A stretch of DNA of 64,000 nt. Origin: Antechinus flavipes (lineage: Eukaryota). This document shows, one piece after another, positions 11,270 through 24,441 of this stretch. Every line of letters starts with the position of its first letter. Position 1 is the first letter of the stretch. The stretch spans positions 41,168,001-41,232,000 of the forward strand of contig NC_067401.1 of NCBI RefSeq assembly GCF_016432865.1, in the 5' to 3' direction. The notes under the pieces were generated by a model. The model had not been told where the DNA came from. It made no database searches and was given only the letters and a program-made list of their open reading frames with translations. A program made the translations under genes and the position numbers.

Positions 11270-11530
11270 ACTCACCCTGCTTAGCCCCAGAAGCTAGAAC
11301 TATAAATGACAAGCAGAAGGTGCAAAAGTAGAAATTTCAGATTTGGTGCAAAGAAATACCTCCAGACAGTTAGGGAGATCCCAAAATAGAACAGGCTGCC
11401 ACAGGAGGTGGCAGGTTCCTCCCTCACTTTAGGTCTTCAAGCAAAAGCTCAGTGATTACTTGTTAAGTCCATGCCAGCTTGGACTATATTGGTACTAAGG
11501 TCCTTTTCTAAATCTGAGAGTCTGTGCTTC
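11270..11530 (+). mobile_element. CR1/L3-type LINE 3' fragment
   Basis: Resembles the L3 tail (ggctgccacaggaggtggcaggttcctccc...aaggtccttttctaaatctgagagtctgtg); boundaries approximate. Confidence 0.5.
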
Positions 11531-11769
11531 TGGGATTCTGTCCTTTGGGAATGGGAGATGGAGAGAAGGAAGAACAATAATTTATGGACTCCCTCCCAGC
11601 CAACGCCTGTTGTCTGTATAAGGAAACGGAGAGATTTAGCTGTTTCACTGGAGGATGGTCACTCTCAAGAAATACAAAAGACCTTCAATGATGCTTTCTT
11701 TCCCCTCCTGCACAGAGTTCATTTCCCATAATCCTAAACAAAGTATTTTCCCTTGAAGACTCCTCCACT

Positions 11770-11834
11770 AAAAATTACCCTGGCATGGATTCTGTCAATA
11801 TAAAGTTATTATAAAATAAAATTTTTTTAAAAAA
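11770..11834 (+). mobile_element. Extremely 5'-truncated L1 insertion (65 bp) with 14-bp TSD
   Basis: Flanks AAGACTCCTCCACT at 11756-11769 and 11835-11848. The first 53 nt are the exact reverse complement of the 3' terminus of the L1 at 50483-51246; ends in an A-tail. Confidence 0.9.
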
Positions 11835-12028
11835 AAGACTCCTCCACTTTACTGCTACCCAGTATCACCTTTGCCTCTACTTGATGGGGATGGAGGTAGT
11901 GTTCTTAAATACTAAGTATATGTTAACTAGATAACAATCAATTAATTAATCAATTAATCATCAATTCCTCTGAGTTAACCTCTTGTTTCAAGTATACTTC
12001 TCCAGAGTTCTGACTCTCTACAAATACT

Positions 12029-13708
12029 ATCATTTATTCCTAGCTTGGTGAAATGGGTGAGGGATAAGAAGAAAGATCTGACTGAGAAATGCTCAATAGA
12101 AAGGGAAGAGAGACAGATGATTGTATTAGGTTTCTTGAAAGTAATACAAAATGACTTTCAGATCCCAAGATTATAATATTTTTAACCTCTCCAACCCAAC
12201 TTGGTGAAGTAGGTGGGGAATGAGGAAAGAAAGCCATTCAGAAAGATAATCCAAATGAAAAGAACCAAATCAAATCATTCCTCTTCTTTTCCCTCACATT
12301 TCCTGAAATGAAGAGCTTAGATGACCTTTAAGATCCCTTTCAGGTCTAGATTTGTAATATTTTTAAGCTCTTAAACTTCATCTAATGGAGTGGGTAGGTA
12401 TAAGGAGAGAAGACCACTGAGAGAGAGATTGTCATTCATTTTTGGAGAGAGCCAGTGATATCATGGGTTGATGTCTTGATTTGTTTGTGAATTGAATTTA
12501 AGGGAGGCAGATTTGTACAGTCATCTGCCTCTTCCAGGATCCTCAAACTTCAGTGGCAAGACAATAGTCAAGATGACTGATGACAGGGCAGGATGCAATG
12601 GATGACCTTGGCACCCACCAGCTTCAGCCATCTTCATGCTGTTGGAAAAAAGTGTCCTCATGCACCCATTCCACTTTATGCTTGGGGGTAGACATCCCTC
12701 CAGTTAGTGATGGGTTTGAAGCTTGTCAGCTCCCCTCTACCTGGTTTAGCTAGTCTGCTGACACGGTTTTATTGGGTTGTGGACACTACACATGCTACAG
12801 TTTCTTGGAGCCATAGTTGGGAGGCAGATGGACACAAAAAGGGGATGAGTAACCCTAAAAAGAGCTCAGCAAGCTCTTATACCAGAGACCCTAGTCCTCC
12901 CTGAACATCCTCTCCATCCCACTGAGAGTAGAAAGAAAAAGAACCAGAGGGTTTCCATTTCTTTCACCTCATATTCCCTGATGTCTCTGCAAAGGGGCTG
13001 AGGATTATGAAAAGGGCCTTAAGGAAGCACCACCTTCTCCTTGATATTCTAGTAAGTGAGTCCAGGTGCTGTGTGTATTCACAAACTCCTGGTACATCCC
13101 ATGGTTCATAGTTCTTAGAGATGGGGAAATGGTGCAAATCCATGAATCCCTTATGTATGAGATCCTGGAAAGGAATGTCTAAGATATCTAGGTCCCTTCC
13201 CATTCAAGACTCTTATCTGAGAAAGGAAAATATCTACCTCCCTTCCCAACCAAGACTCTTATCTGAGGAAGGAAAAAGAGAGATTAAGCTGTTTCCATAG
13301 GGGAAGCTCACCCCTCCCATTAATCATAAAAGACCTTCAGATAAACTTCCTTTTCCTGTGCACAACCCTTCCTCTCCCTACCCAAAAGATTTTCCCTTGC
13401 ACAAGTTTCTCAGTTTTTCACTCCAACTATAAACTAATTGCAATTTTTCTATTTTTCCCCCCAAGAAGCTGTTCAAGATCAATCCCTTTCCCCCTTTCTA
13501 TATTTCTTTTGAAATTATCTCAAGCCTTTGAATTGTAAAGCACCAGGAAATGTTCATTGCCTATTAAGAAGTCTCAGTTGAAAGAAGATATCTTTTCATC
13601 ACTTATTCCTAGCTTGGTGAAATGGGTGAGGGATAAGAAGAAAGACCTGACTGAGAAATGCTCAATAGAAAGGGAAGAGAGACAGATGATTGTATTAGGT
13701 TTCTTGAA
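12029..13708 (+). repeat. Dispersed direct repeat pair, 111 bp (12029-12139 and 13598-13708)
   Basis: Ungapped hand alignment shows 2 mismatches over 111 bp. Confidence 0.9.
12490..12700 (+). mobile_element. Marsupial SINE (MAR1-like)
   Basis: gtgaattgaatttaagggaggcag...gtggcaagacaatagtcaagatgactg...ggatgaccttggc resembles marsupial MAR1. A related 5' piece lies at about 27225-27325. Confidence 0.5.
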
Positions 13709-16700
13709 TTTTTGGATAACTCTGGATTAGAGTGGTCTAGAAAATGATGGAGGACTCCTAGCCAAAATTGATCTCTCCTTCCTATGACTATCCTTGATTA
13801 TCTTAACTTCCTTAACTATCATCACAAACCATTATTAAACTTACTCTGTTCCAGGCCCTGTGTTAGATGCGTGAGATACAAATACAAAGAATGTAATAAT
13901 CCCTATTCATTAGAGAGCTTAGTTGTTTCTATCCTGGGATCATAGGATTGTAAACTGGAACCTTTGAAGTCAAGGAAAGATTTCATACCAAGTACCCTAC
14001 TCCAAATCTAAGATGTTCAGCACTCCCAGCACTGTTTTGCCTCTTTCTCTTCTACTTTATATTATATTTCTTCAGCTATGGTTCTTATTTCTCCCTACTA
14101 GATTAAATGAGTAAATCCTTTGACCACAGAAAGCATAGTATTCATCTTTGGATCCCTAACAATACTTAAATAATTCTTAGCATAAAGTAAGCTTAATAAA
14201 TATTTTAAATTGAATTGAAATTAAATTAATTGACTTGGTCTGACTTGAATTAAACTAAATAAAGGACAGAAGGGATAGTAAGAACTCAGGGTAAGGAAAT
14301 GTATGACAGAGAAAGGAGAATGGAGTTGATACTGCAGCAAAGGGACCCCAGAGTGGAAGATCAAAGTAATTTTCTCTAAAAAACTCTGATTAAGGGAAAG
14401 GAGGTGGGAGAAGCATTATGACTGAGTAAAATGTTAGCTCTGCCTCTTACTTGTTTGTGACCATGGGCAAGTAACTTAAATTCTGAGTTTCCTCATCTGT
14501 AAAATGAGAATAGAAAGAATAATGTTTTCACTACCTCCTCACAGGGTTGTTGATTGTAACTGGTATAGAAATATGAGAAGTTGTTATTATTAAGTATTGG
14601 ATTAGTTCCCTGGTAGCTTCAGTTGTTGCCTTCCATCCCAGCTTCCCCAGCTGAAAAGTTCCTCCCCAGGGAGGGTAAGAGATCAGTTGTAGGTATTGGA
14701 AGGCTAGGTATCCAGGCAGGCACAGGGCCTGGCTCACGGTGGGCACTTCAATACTCGGGATTGATAGGTTGATTCTGGAGTATCCACAGAACAAATTTTC
14801 CTTTTGCCCTCTAAACAGGAGACACCATCTCAGTTCCCATTTCCCTTTAATCATTCTCATTGTGTTGGAGGATTTTCCTAAAGTTTAATCTTTCTCCTCC
14901 CTACTTTAGGAGACGACATGGATTAAACTCCTCTCAAAATTATTTATACTTCTTTTCATTTACTTAGTATCTATAAGAAAACAAGAGCCAAGGAGATAAG
15001 ATTAAGGTGTGGAAAGAAGGACCAAGACCTCCCAGCTTCCCGGATCTGTGACCCCAGAAAAAAAAGCATATATTAGGGAAGGGAATCAAGAAAAGGGAAT
15101 TCTCCTCAAAATTAGGACCTCTCATCATAATTTACCTCAGGGCTGTTCTCTAGGACTGCTCAGATTCCTGGGGACCCCACAAATTAATACTATAAATCCC
15201 TGTAAATGGAGCTGGGATGATGTTTCCTTACAACTCCAATTCCCAGGGCAGACACTATTTAAAGAAATAAAATGGAACACCAAAAGGAAAATCTTCTCAG
15301 TGGCGTTATTCCAGAACTTGATCTCAGAGGAGACTACACTGAGTAGGGGAGAGAGATCAGGGGAGGACAGGGCTTGGAAGCCAAAGTTCGGAGGCTTTAG
15401 CTTACTGAGCTATTCCTATCCAGTCCTTTGTAGGCATTTTATGTAAGAAATGGGGAATAAATAGAAGCTTGTTGTCAACTTGGACTCCTCAACTTATTAC
15501 CTGAGCATCTCCAAGTAAAGGGAGGGAGAGTTTGCAGGAGATTATTTAACCTCCAATTCTTATCATTTAAATCATGGGTGCTTTTCCCTCCACTGGTCCT
15601 CAAATTCCTTGTTAGGTAATTCTGTAGTTGACCATTCTCTCCCTCAATAAGTCAAATGCCAGTAAGCAAGTTCTTGGAAATGTGTGGCTACCGGCCCAGC
15701 CATGATATCTTTAGTCCCCTGGACCGCTGGATGGAAGGAAGATTCCAAGGGGAGGGGGAGAGTCCTCAGGGTCATGAGAACTGTGCTCCTCTCACCTGGT
15801 TGTAGCCAAAAAAGAGACTCTGACGTCCCTTACTCTAACTAAATCCCCACAGCTATCTTTCCTTCCCCGTCTCCTTCTCATGTCTAATTTCATTCACACT
15901 AATCTTTAATATTCTATCATCCTTTAGCCCCTTAATTCTCCATGCTTTCTAGACCACATCCAATCCACACACCCCCAATTTGGAGGGAAATACACAGCAA
16001 ATTTAAGAGAAAGAGCTAAGAATAAATGTCCTTCTGGAGGCAGTGTGTCCCTATGGGGAGGAGAGGAGGGAGAAAATCTTTCTCTCTCCAGTTTCCATTC
16101 CCTGCTTTGCCCTGGACAAATGTCTCTAATTTCTCCTGCACCCCCCAGCTCCCTAAATCCCAGCATGGAGCCGGGAAGAAGGGCTAACAGAGGCAGAAAT
16201 TGCAGATAGTAGGCTCTGGTCTCCCATAAACTGTGGGAAGTGGAGGAAAGGTTACCAGAGGGACAAAAGGTTGGAAATGATGACGGAGCCTGGGACCTAG
16301 CTTCGGAAAACAAGATCACCTGTTAAGGGAAGGGGGTGGATTGGAGGCGTTTCCCAGGATCACTTGTCCTTTTGTCTTTGAAGAAACTCTGAATATTGGG
16401 GTTGGGCTTGGAGGCTACAGGATTAGACCATTTTCCAACTTGGGTACGTCTTCTCGCCCTCCAAACCAGATATCACAACTTCTCACTCATCCTCTTTTTT
16501 TTTTTGACACTTTGCCTCTATTGCTTCCTAGGATTTCAGGTCAGGGAAAGGAGCCAGAAATAAAAGCACTGGTTTTAGAATTATAAACTTCTTCTAACCC
16601 TAAATCATTTATTTACATCGGATCTTGTTCAGCTTTAAAAACGGCAAACTACTATGTGCCAGGGATTGTGCTAAATATTTTACATGTTACCTATACAACC

Positions 16701-17184
16701 ACCCTGAGAGACAGATACTGTTATTTTCCTCATTTTGCAGATCAGGAAATTAAGGCAAGCAGGTTGAAGTGACTTTGCTCAGGAAATATAGCTAGTTAGA
16801 TTAGAACTCAGGGTTTCTGGATTCCAGGCTAAACTGAACCTCCCAACTGCCCAGATGATGAAATGAAAGCTGAGAGAGAAGACATGAGTTATCCTGATTT
16901 TAGTCTCCTGAGTTGCAACCTAGCTCTCCAGTATGGTCTCCTGAGGTGTGATACCTGACGTTTTCCACCCATATTTGGTAATGGAACCATTGGTCATTCT
17001 GCCTCTCCCAGATCCCCCATTCATTCTTTCCTTTCAGTCATAGTGATTAGGAAACAAAATAGGTTTTTGAGAGTAGCAAATGCTGGATCTGATCAGGGTC
17101 TAGCTAGCTTTATTGGGTGAAGAAAAAGCAAAAAAACTGACCTCACCAAATCACAGTGATCAAACAATTGAGTCATAAACAGTT

Positions 17185-18060
17185 TTGGACATCTCCAACT
17201 GGATATCCTATAGACATCTCAAATTCAAGGCATCCAATACAGATTTCATTTCATTTCCCCCAAAACCTTTCCCTTCCCTAAACTCCTTTGCTCTGGAAAA
17301 GGACCCACCATTTTTCCAGTCACCCAGTTTCCCAACTTCAATGTCATCCTCAACTCCTTACTCTTACCCTTAATATCCATTCTAATACTAAATGCTACAG
17401 TTTCTATCCACAGCGTCTCTCATCTATGTTTTCTTTTTTTCTACTCTTATTGAGACTACCCAATTTTAGGCCCTCATCAAATGTCTCTGGGATTATTACA
17501 ATAGATTTCTGTCTTAAATCTTCCCCTTCCCCCAAATCCATCCTCAATTCAGCTGTCAAAGTGATTTTTCTGAATCATAAATCTGACCATGGCAGACCAT
17601 GGAGCTCAATGCTCTCCAGTGATTCCTTATTACATCCAGAATCAAATATAAACTCATTTGTCATTTAAAATTCTTCATAATCTGACTCCTTTCTATTTTG
17701 ATCTCTACTCTATCATGATCCACTTCAATGGCCTAATTTCCTGTCTTTCTGCTTTTATTTTGGCTGTCCTCTTCCCTGGAATGTCCTGCCCCTTTATGCC
17801 TACCTCAGTTTCCTTTGTCTCCCTTCAAGATTCAACTCAAATCCCATTGTCTGCAGGAGGCTTTTCCCTGTTCTCTCACTGGCTAGTGCCTTCTTAATTT
17901 TCTGTATATTATTTATATATCTTTTTTGTCGCTTTCACTAAAATGTACAATTCTTAAAGGCATAAAATGTTTTGCCTTTCTTTGTAGTTAGCTCAGTACT
18001 TGCCTGGTTTGTAGTAATTAATAAACATTTGTTGACTGATAGTTGATTGAGTCCATCTGA
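17185..18060 (+). mobile_element. Old L2 LINE 3' region
   Basis: ggacatctccaactggatatcctatagacatctcaaattcaa... ending in ttaataaacatttgttgactga, a typical L2 3' end. Confidence 0.65.
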
Positions 18061-19316
18061 CCCAATCAGACAGTCCAGTCCCTCAGCCTCCTATTTCTTT
18101 ATTTTCCCTCACTTTTGATCCCCTCCCATCAATTCCCTCAGAACTTTCTTCCATTCTAGTCTCCCACCATCATCCCATTTCTTCAAGTAGTAGGGAAAAA
18201 GCATAAAGAAGAAAGTTTTCACTACATTTCTCTCCTGTGATCTGATTTTGGCTGAAATTGGTAAGCTAGAGGATCCAAATGGATCCAAAAATTCTCAGAA
18301 AAAAAGAAGACTGAGTGACTCAGAACTCGAGGCAGAGATATGGAAAAGAGAGATTGAGAAAGAATAGGACTAAGTCAGAGATAGATTTATCCCCCTCCTA
18401 GTTCAGTACAATCTCTGTCAAACTCTCTGATAAATTTGAACAAGTGTTGGGCAAGCAGTATGAGATTGATGAGACTCAGACCAGGGTCCAGGGCCAAGTA
18501 GTGAAAAGGTGAGGAGTCTATAATTAGCCAAGTTTCATAGTAAGTACAGGTCATTTGGAGGCTAATGCTAGAATTTCAATTAGCTAGGGCTACAAGTCGA
18601 AATTTAGATAGTAAAAATTAATAAAAACCTACGTATACATTATTTCACTTTTTTTTTTTTTTTTAACAGAAACTAGAGCTGGCTAGATAGAGTCAATAAT
18701 GAAAATTTCAACATAAACATTTATACCTTGGAAACTGGGAAATGCCACAAATCACAGCTGAATTTATTTTTTCTTGTCTAGACTTAAGGAATTAAACTTT
18801 CAAAGTCTGTTAACCTTTTTAGGTTTGTCTACCTTTTGCAGGGAAAAAGCCTGTTATTAAATATTTACCAACACATCTCTGGCAGTATTCTTTAGCTTTT
18901 CTTGTTCATTTTTAAATGTTTTATTACTATTTGTAATATTTTATATTAATTTTTAATAAACCAACATACTTTATGGTAGTGGTTGTACTTCATTCTTGAG
19001 GAGGACCAAAATAATATCATTATGCTGAAGTACAATCTGTCCTGCTATGATTAGACCAATATAAGTTCAGAAGGGTCTACCACAGGTCCCACACAAATAG
19101 TTTTCCCTCATGGTATCTTCACTTACAATCATGATAATATACCATTCAGCAAATTTTTAGTCACAAAGACTGACAATTTATACACTGTTTCTTACCCTTA
19201 TTCTTTCATTTCTCTATTGAGAAATTATCTGATATGAATATTAATCTTTGATTTTGATTTGATTTTGATATGATCCTTTTTGTCCTTTAATGTAGTCTTC
19301 AATGACATTATAGACT

Positions 19317-19468
19317 CTGTGTATACATATAGACACACACACATATATACTGTGTGTATATGTACCTATATTATATATCTGTGTATATATATTATATATG
19401 TATATATGTATATGTATATATAGTATATATGTATATGTATACATATATATATAACATATATATATACT
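19317..19468. repeat. Compound (TA)n/(CA)n microsatellite
   Basis: Alternating TA/TG/CA run read directly. Confidence 0.85.
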
Positions 19469-21649
19469 ATTTTCCTGATTCTGCTTTCTTCTCTCCACAT
19501 AAATTCATATGAATCTCAGATTTCTCTGAATTCTTCATACTCCCTCAATAATATTTCATCACATTAATATTCTACTGTTTCTTCACTACAAAATCAATAT
19601 ATACCTCCTCTGTTTACAGTTATGAGCTATGACAAAAAGAATTGCTACTAGTATTTTGGGTATATATGGTATATCTTTTTATATATCATTGACTATCTTG
19701 GAATATGAAAGATTTAATCACTTTTCTCACATAATTCCGAATTAATGGTTGGATCAATATATTGCTCTTATAACACTGTGTTAGTGTACCCTGGAATTAA
19801 TCTATTTTTGTTTTTTGTCTTCCCCAAATCCTTTTTAACTCCAAGCAGATCACCCTAGCCACTAAATTAAGCTTCCTCTTGACCCTTTGGAAGTTGATTA
19901 ATTCATCATCTATGCTTTTCTTACTAAGTTTTTGGCACCTTAACTACCCATCAGTCAACCTGGCAGAGACTATTAGAGAATAGGAAGCATTTAATTATTA
20001 GGGCAACTCCCCCCCTCTCTGGTTTTAGGTACCTCTTCAACAAAATAAGAAAGCTCATGGATGGTGATTAAAAAGCCTTTTCTCGCTCTAGTATTTTATC
20101 ATGTTATTATTCTATGACTCCTCCCCATCATAATAGGAGAGTGAAGATCTAAGGTTGAAGTTATGTGGAGCCTTTTGTTTCCTGTAATTACCCAGAGATG
20201 TTCTCTCTTATACTTTTCATGGTAGGAGTTTCGCTTTCCTTTTGGAAAAAAATTCTCTAAGATCTAATCTCCTTGACTTCTGCTTCAATTTAGCCCATTG
20301 TATCCTAGGTTGCAAGGGAGCTGTTGGAAGAAAATGTAAAAAATTTTTTCTTCTTTTCCATTTTTCAGAAAGAAAAATTGAGTCATAAAGGCAGGTTCAT
20401 CGTGGCAAGGGGAATCATGAGTAGGGATCATCTCTGCTAGGAAAAAGTAGAATTTAAGCATAGGAAACATCCTCTGGGTCAAAAACGAGAGGAGCAATCA
20501 TGGCATAATCAAAGCAATCAGTCCAAAATATTTATTCAGCTTTTCCTTTGTACCGGGCACCCTGTTAAGTGCTAAAAGATACAAAGAAAGGCGTTCACGG
20601 GCTTTAGCTTTGGTATTGATTGGTCCATGAGCAGAGGAGATTAGACCTTAGAGAAGTGAAGTTTTTTCAGAAATAAAGGGAAACACCTTCCGCCATGTAA
20701 AGAGGCTCTGCTCACATGCCATCTTTCTGCGGCAGTGAATTTTAACTGAAGCCCAGGCTCCTCAAAAGATTCTGAGTTAAGTTTTTCAGATTCTGTATAT
20801 CTAGTTGGTTGAAGAGAAGGAGAAATTATTATTACTTCACTATTTCTCCATTCAATACCCACTTTGGAGGGAAAAAAACACCCCTCTTTCTTCCATTTAG
20901 AGAGGTAAACTCAGATATAGTAGAAATCAGAGGGAGACATTTCTAGAACATTGTTGGAAAGCTTGGGCTCTGCTCCCCGTTCTGGGGTCTTAGAGAGGTA
21001 TTGAAGAAATAGCTCTTAGTGGGGGAGAGGTCAGTGGGGAAAAGGTCAGGCCCAGTCTGGCCAGATTTAACTGGCTGGGCTATTCTTGTCTGCTTCATTT
21101 ATAAATGCTCACAATCCCCTCTTCCTCCAGCCAAGCAAGTGACGCAAGGAGAAATGGAAAATATTCCATCCTCCTCTCTCTCCATCCATCTCCTCCTCCC
21201 CGCTCCATCCCAACTGTAACATTCAATCCTGGTCACTTACTGACCCACTTCTCAATAGTTGGGGAATAATTGTTTGTCCCTGAGTCCCAGGGAGTTTGGG
21301 GTACCCAAGGATCCCTTCACTCTGTTGGAAGGGATAGAATTGTTAACTACCTGTACCTGTTCTTTTCCTAGTCAGATGGTCAACTAACAAGTTCCAGGTA
21401 GATAGCGGATTCTGGTATCCTTGGTTGTCGTGGAGGGGGAGAGTCTCTAAAATGTCCTCTGACGACTCCAGGAGAGTGACCAAATCTGGACTCCCATTTG
21501 GCCTCTGACCCTCCCGGTCCTAACATTCCCGATCCCTCATTTTCCTGACCCCTGAACTCTTATCTCATCTAAGTTCAGTAGCAGAGTGGGAAGAATGCTT
21601 ATCTTGCAGTGAGAAGAGATAATGAAAGTCAGCTTAAAACAAGGCAATT

Positions 21650-21875
21650 AGTGATCCAGTGAATAGAGTACAGAGCCTGGAGTCAGAGAGGTCCAAGTTC
21701 AAGGTCAGTGGCAGACGTGTGCTAGCTGTGGGACTCTGGACAAATCATATTTGCCTCAGTTTCCTCACCTGTAAAATGAGCTGGAGAAGGAAACCGCAAA
21801 CTATTATCTTTGCCAGGAAAACTCTCAAGTTCCCCATCACAGAGTGGGACACAACTCAACAGCCACAAAAAGTTG
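21650..21875 (+). mobile_element. CORE-SINE with RTE-like 3' tail (marsupial type)
   Basis: CORE motif gcctcagtttcctcacctgtaaaatgag followed by ctggagaaggaaaccgcaaac...tctttgccaggaaaac...gacacaactcaac. Confidence 0.6.
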
Positions 21876-22694
21876 GCATTTAGAACCCTTCTCAGTTTGG
21901 CCCCAAACTCTCTTTCAATCTCATGATAAATTAGTCCCCTCAATACACTTTTGTCCGATCTTCTGCCCTTCTTACTGTTGTTCCTCTCTCAGGGCACAGA
22001 ATCTCACTCATCTGTGCTTTGGCATTGATTGACTAAACCCCATGAATGGAATCCACTCCCTCCTCTCGAAGAATTGCTGATTTCCTTCCAAACTTAGCTT
22101 AAATGCTACCTTGTGCATGAAGCCTTTTAGGATTCCTCCAGCAGCAAAGGCCTTCCTCCTTCTAATTATCTTGCCCTTATTTTATATATGTTTTTATATG
22201 TTGAACCTGAATAGGAAAAGCTCCTTGAAGACTTTTATTTGTATCTCTCTGCATCTAGCATAAATATCTGCTATATAGCAGGTGCTATCAAAGATCCAAT
22301 AAGGCCCTGAGAGGCTAGAAAGTTGGGCTGACAATAACTTAATAAAACAAGTGAACTGATTTTCAAAATATCTATTATGCAAGTTCCAAATGGTCAGATG
22401 ACAATTGATTGAAAAAAAATAAACAGGGTTACAAGGGATTGCAAACTTAGCATGAGTGATTTGTCTATAACAATAGCACCAACCACAAAACCACTTCTTA
22501 TTTGGTCTTAGACTAACATTAATTGCATTATATATAATAATGTGTGATTAGTAACATAATATAATTATCCATAATACATACACTCCTTTTAATTTGGAAA
22601 AAATTAAAGATTTGAAAAAGGGTTGCACTCTTTATAGGGCTACATCCTCTTATGTGAAGATGTTACTAAATAATTTGTCTTATGAAGTCCATGA

Positions 22695-23618
22695 TGGAAA
22701 TCCATAGCGAGAACATGTCTAGAACCGGGACAAAATTTATTGTGGCTTTCGGAGTATCATGAATTATGTAGGATTCAAGCCCAATGCAACAGGCAAACAG
22801 GAGCTATTGGACAAATCACTTTTGACCAACTAGCTGGTAAAGGTCAGTATAGAGAAAATTCAGAACAGATTTATTATCCCATAACAGTGTATGAGCAAAT
22901 TTCTAAGGCTGCAATAAAAGCTTGGAGTTCTCTCCCTGGACAGAAGGATGGAAGGAAAACTTTCACAAAAATAGAGCAAGGTCCCAATGAACCCTTTGCA
23001 GATTTTGTGGGACATTTGCAAACAGCTGTAATAAGAACCATTGGAGACAGTGCAGCAACAGAAATAATGACTAGACATTTGGCTAAGGAAAATGCCAATG
23101 AGGTTTGCAAAAGAATCATATGGAAGCTAGACAAAAATGCTCCTTTAGAGGAGATCATAAGACACTGTGCCACAGTGGGCACAAATGCTTATTATGCCCA
23201 AACTCTGATGAACATGGAAAGACAAGGTCCTTCTTGGCAAGGGACTTCTAGAGAAACTAATCGATGCTTTCAGTGTGGAAAAGTTGGACATCTAAGAGCC
23301 CAATGTAGAAATGGAGATAGAGTGAGAAGACAGGGTGAGAGAAAACCCAAAACCCCATGTCCAAAATGTAACCGAGGCTTTCACTGGGCCTCTAAATGTA
23401 TATTGACCCAGAGGAATGAGAGGCAGGGCCCAGCTCCAAAGTATCAATCAAAGGACAGGTGGAGCATGATAGCAGCTGAGGTTACACCCAGAGAGACTTT
23501 AGAAATTCGGGACTCTGATGTCATCAACCAACAGAAAAGCAATCAGGATTACAGTTGGGAAGAATACAGGCCTTTTAAGACAACAAGGCAATATCCAGTG
23601 CAAACAGCTCCAATGTAA
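22695..23618 (+). pseudogene. gag: ERV gag fragment (capsid C-terminal part plus nucleocapsid), 307 open codons without a native start
   Basis: Major homology region IEQGPNEPFADFVGHL from 22971; CCHC knuckles CFQCGKVGHLRAQC (23265-23306) and CPKCNRGFHWASKC (23358-23399), the second of betaretroviral type. The ORF-track start at 22740 is TTG. Confidence 0.88.
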
Positions 23619-24441
23619 TTACCAGATGATGAGGAGAAATCCCCAAAGTAGTAAATGGAAGGGAATTAGATAGGTTAACTGCTTGGGGAAGAGGGTCTGC
23701 TTATGTTTCCACAGGTGGAAAAGGAATTAGATGGCTGACAATGAGACTGTTAAAAGAACTTTAAAATCTTCAGCTTTTAGTTCCTGAAAAACCAGCAACA
23801 ATCATTGGATTTCCTGAGATGGCATCTGACACTGAAAGAGCGTGGCTGACAATGAGACTGTTAAAAGGACTTTTAAAATCTTCAGGAATCATTGGATTTC
23901 CTAACACAAGATGAGACTGTTTTAGTTCTTGAAAAACCAGCAAGAATCATTGGATTCCTTGAGATGAAAAATTGTTGATGAGACTTTTGCAGTACTTCAG
24001 AGCTTACAGGAACTATTGGATTCCTGGCACATGAACTAATGGACAATGGATTATTTATGGACTATTTCTAGGACTTATGGACATGTGTAAATTCTCAGGT
24101 TGATTCATATTATTTGTTACATTACTACTAGCCTGTGTTATATTGCTAAGTGCTTATGTAAATTATGTATAATGCCTCCCATATTGATGGATTTATGTAT
24201 ACCATGTATATATCTGTTTCAAGTTCTGGCCCATATTGATGGATTTATGTGTACCTGTTTCAAGTGAGCCCCTTCAGAAACCCGCTAATCTGATTTGATT
24301 TCCTATTTCCTTTGGTGTTTTCATCTTCCTTCCTGAGGTGTCAGGGAAGGCGTGAATCACCTTTTTGGGGGGTTCTCACCTCCTTGAGAAATCAGGGAGG
24401 TCATGACCACCCTGTGTTCTAAAACAAAAGAAAGGGGGAGA

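Noticed and set aside
15009-15446. 145-aa intergenic ORF
   Set aside because: GTG start, no recognisable domain, no splice or promoter support; length is within chance expectation.
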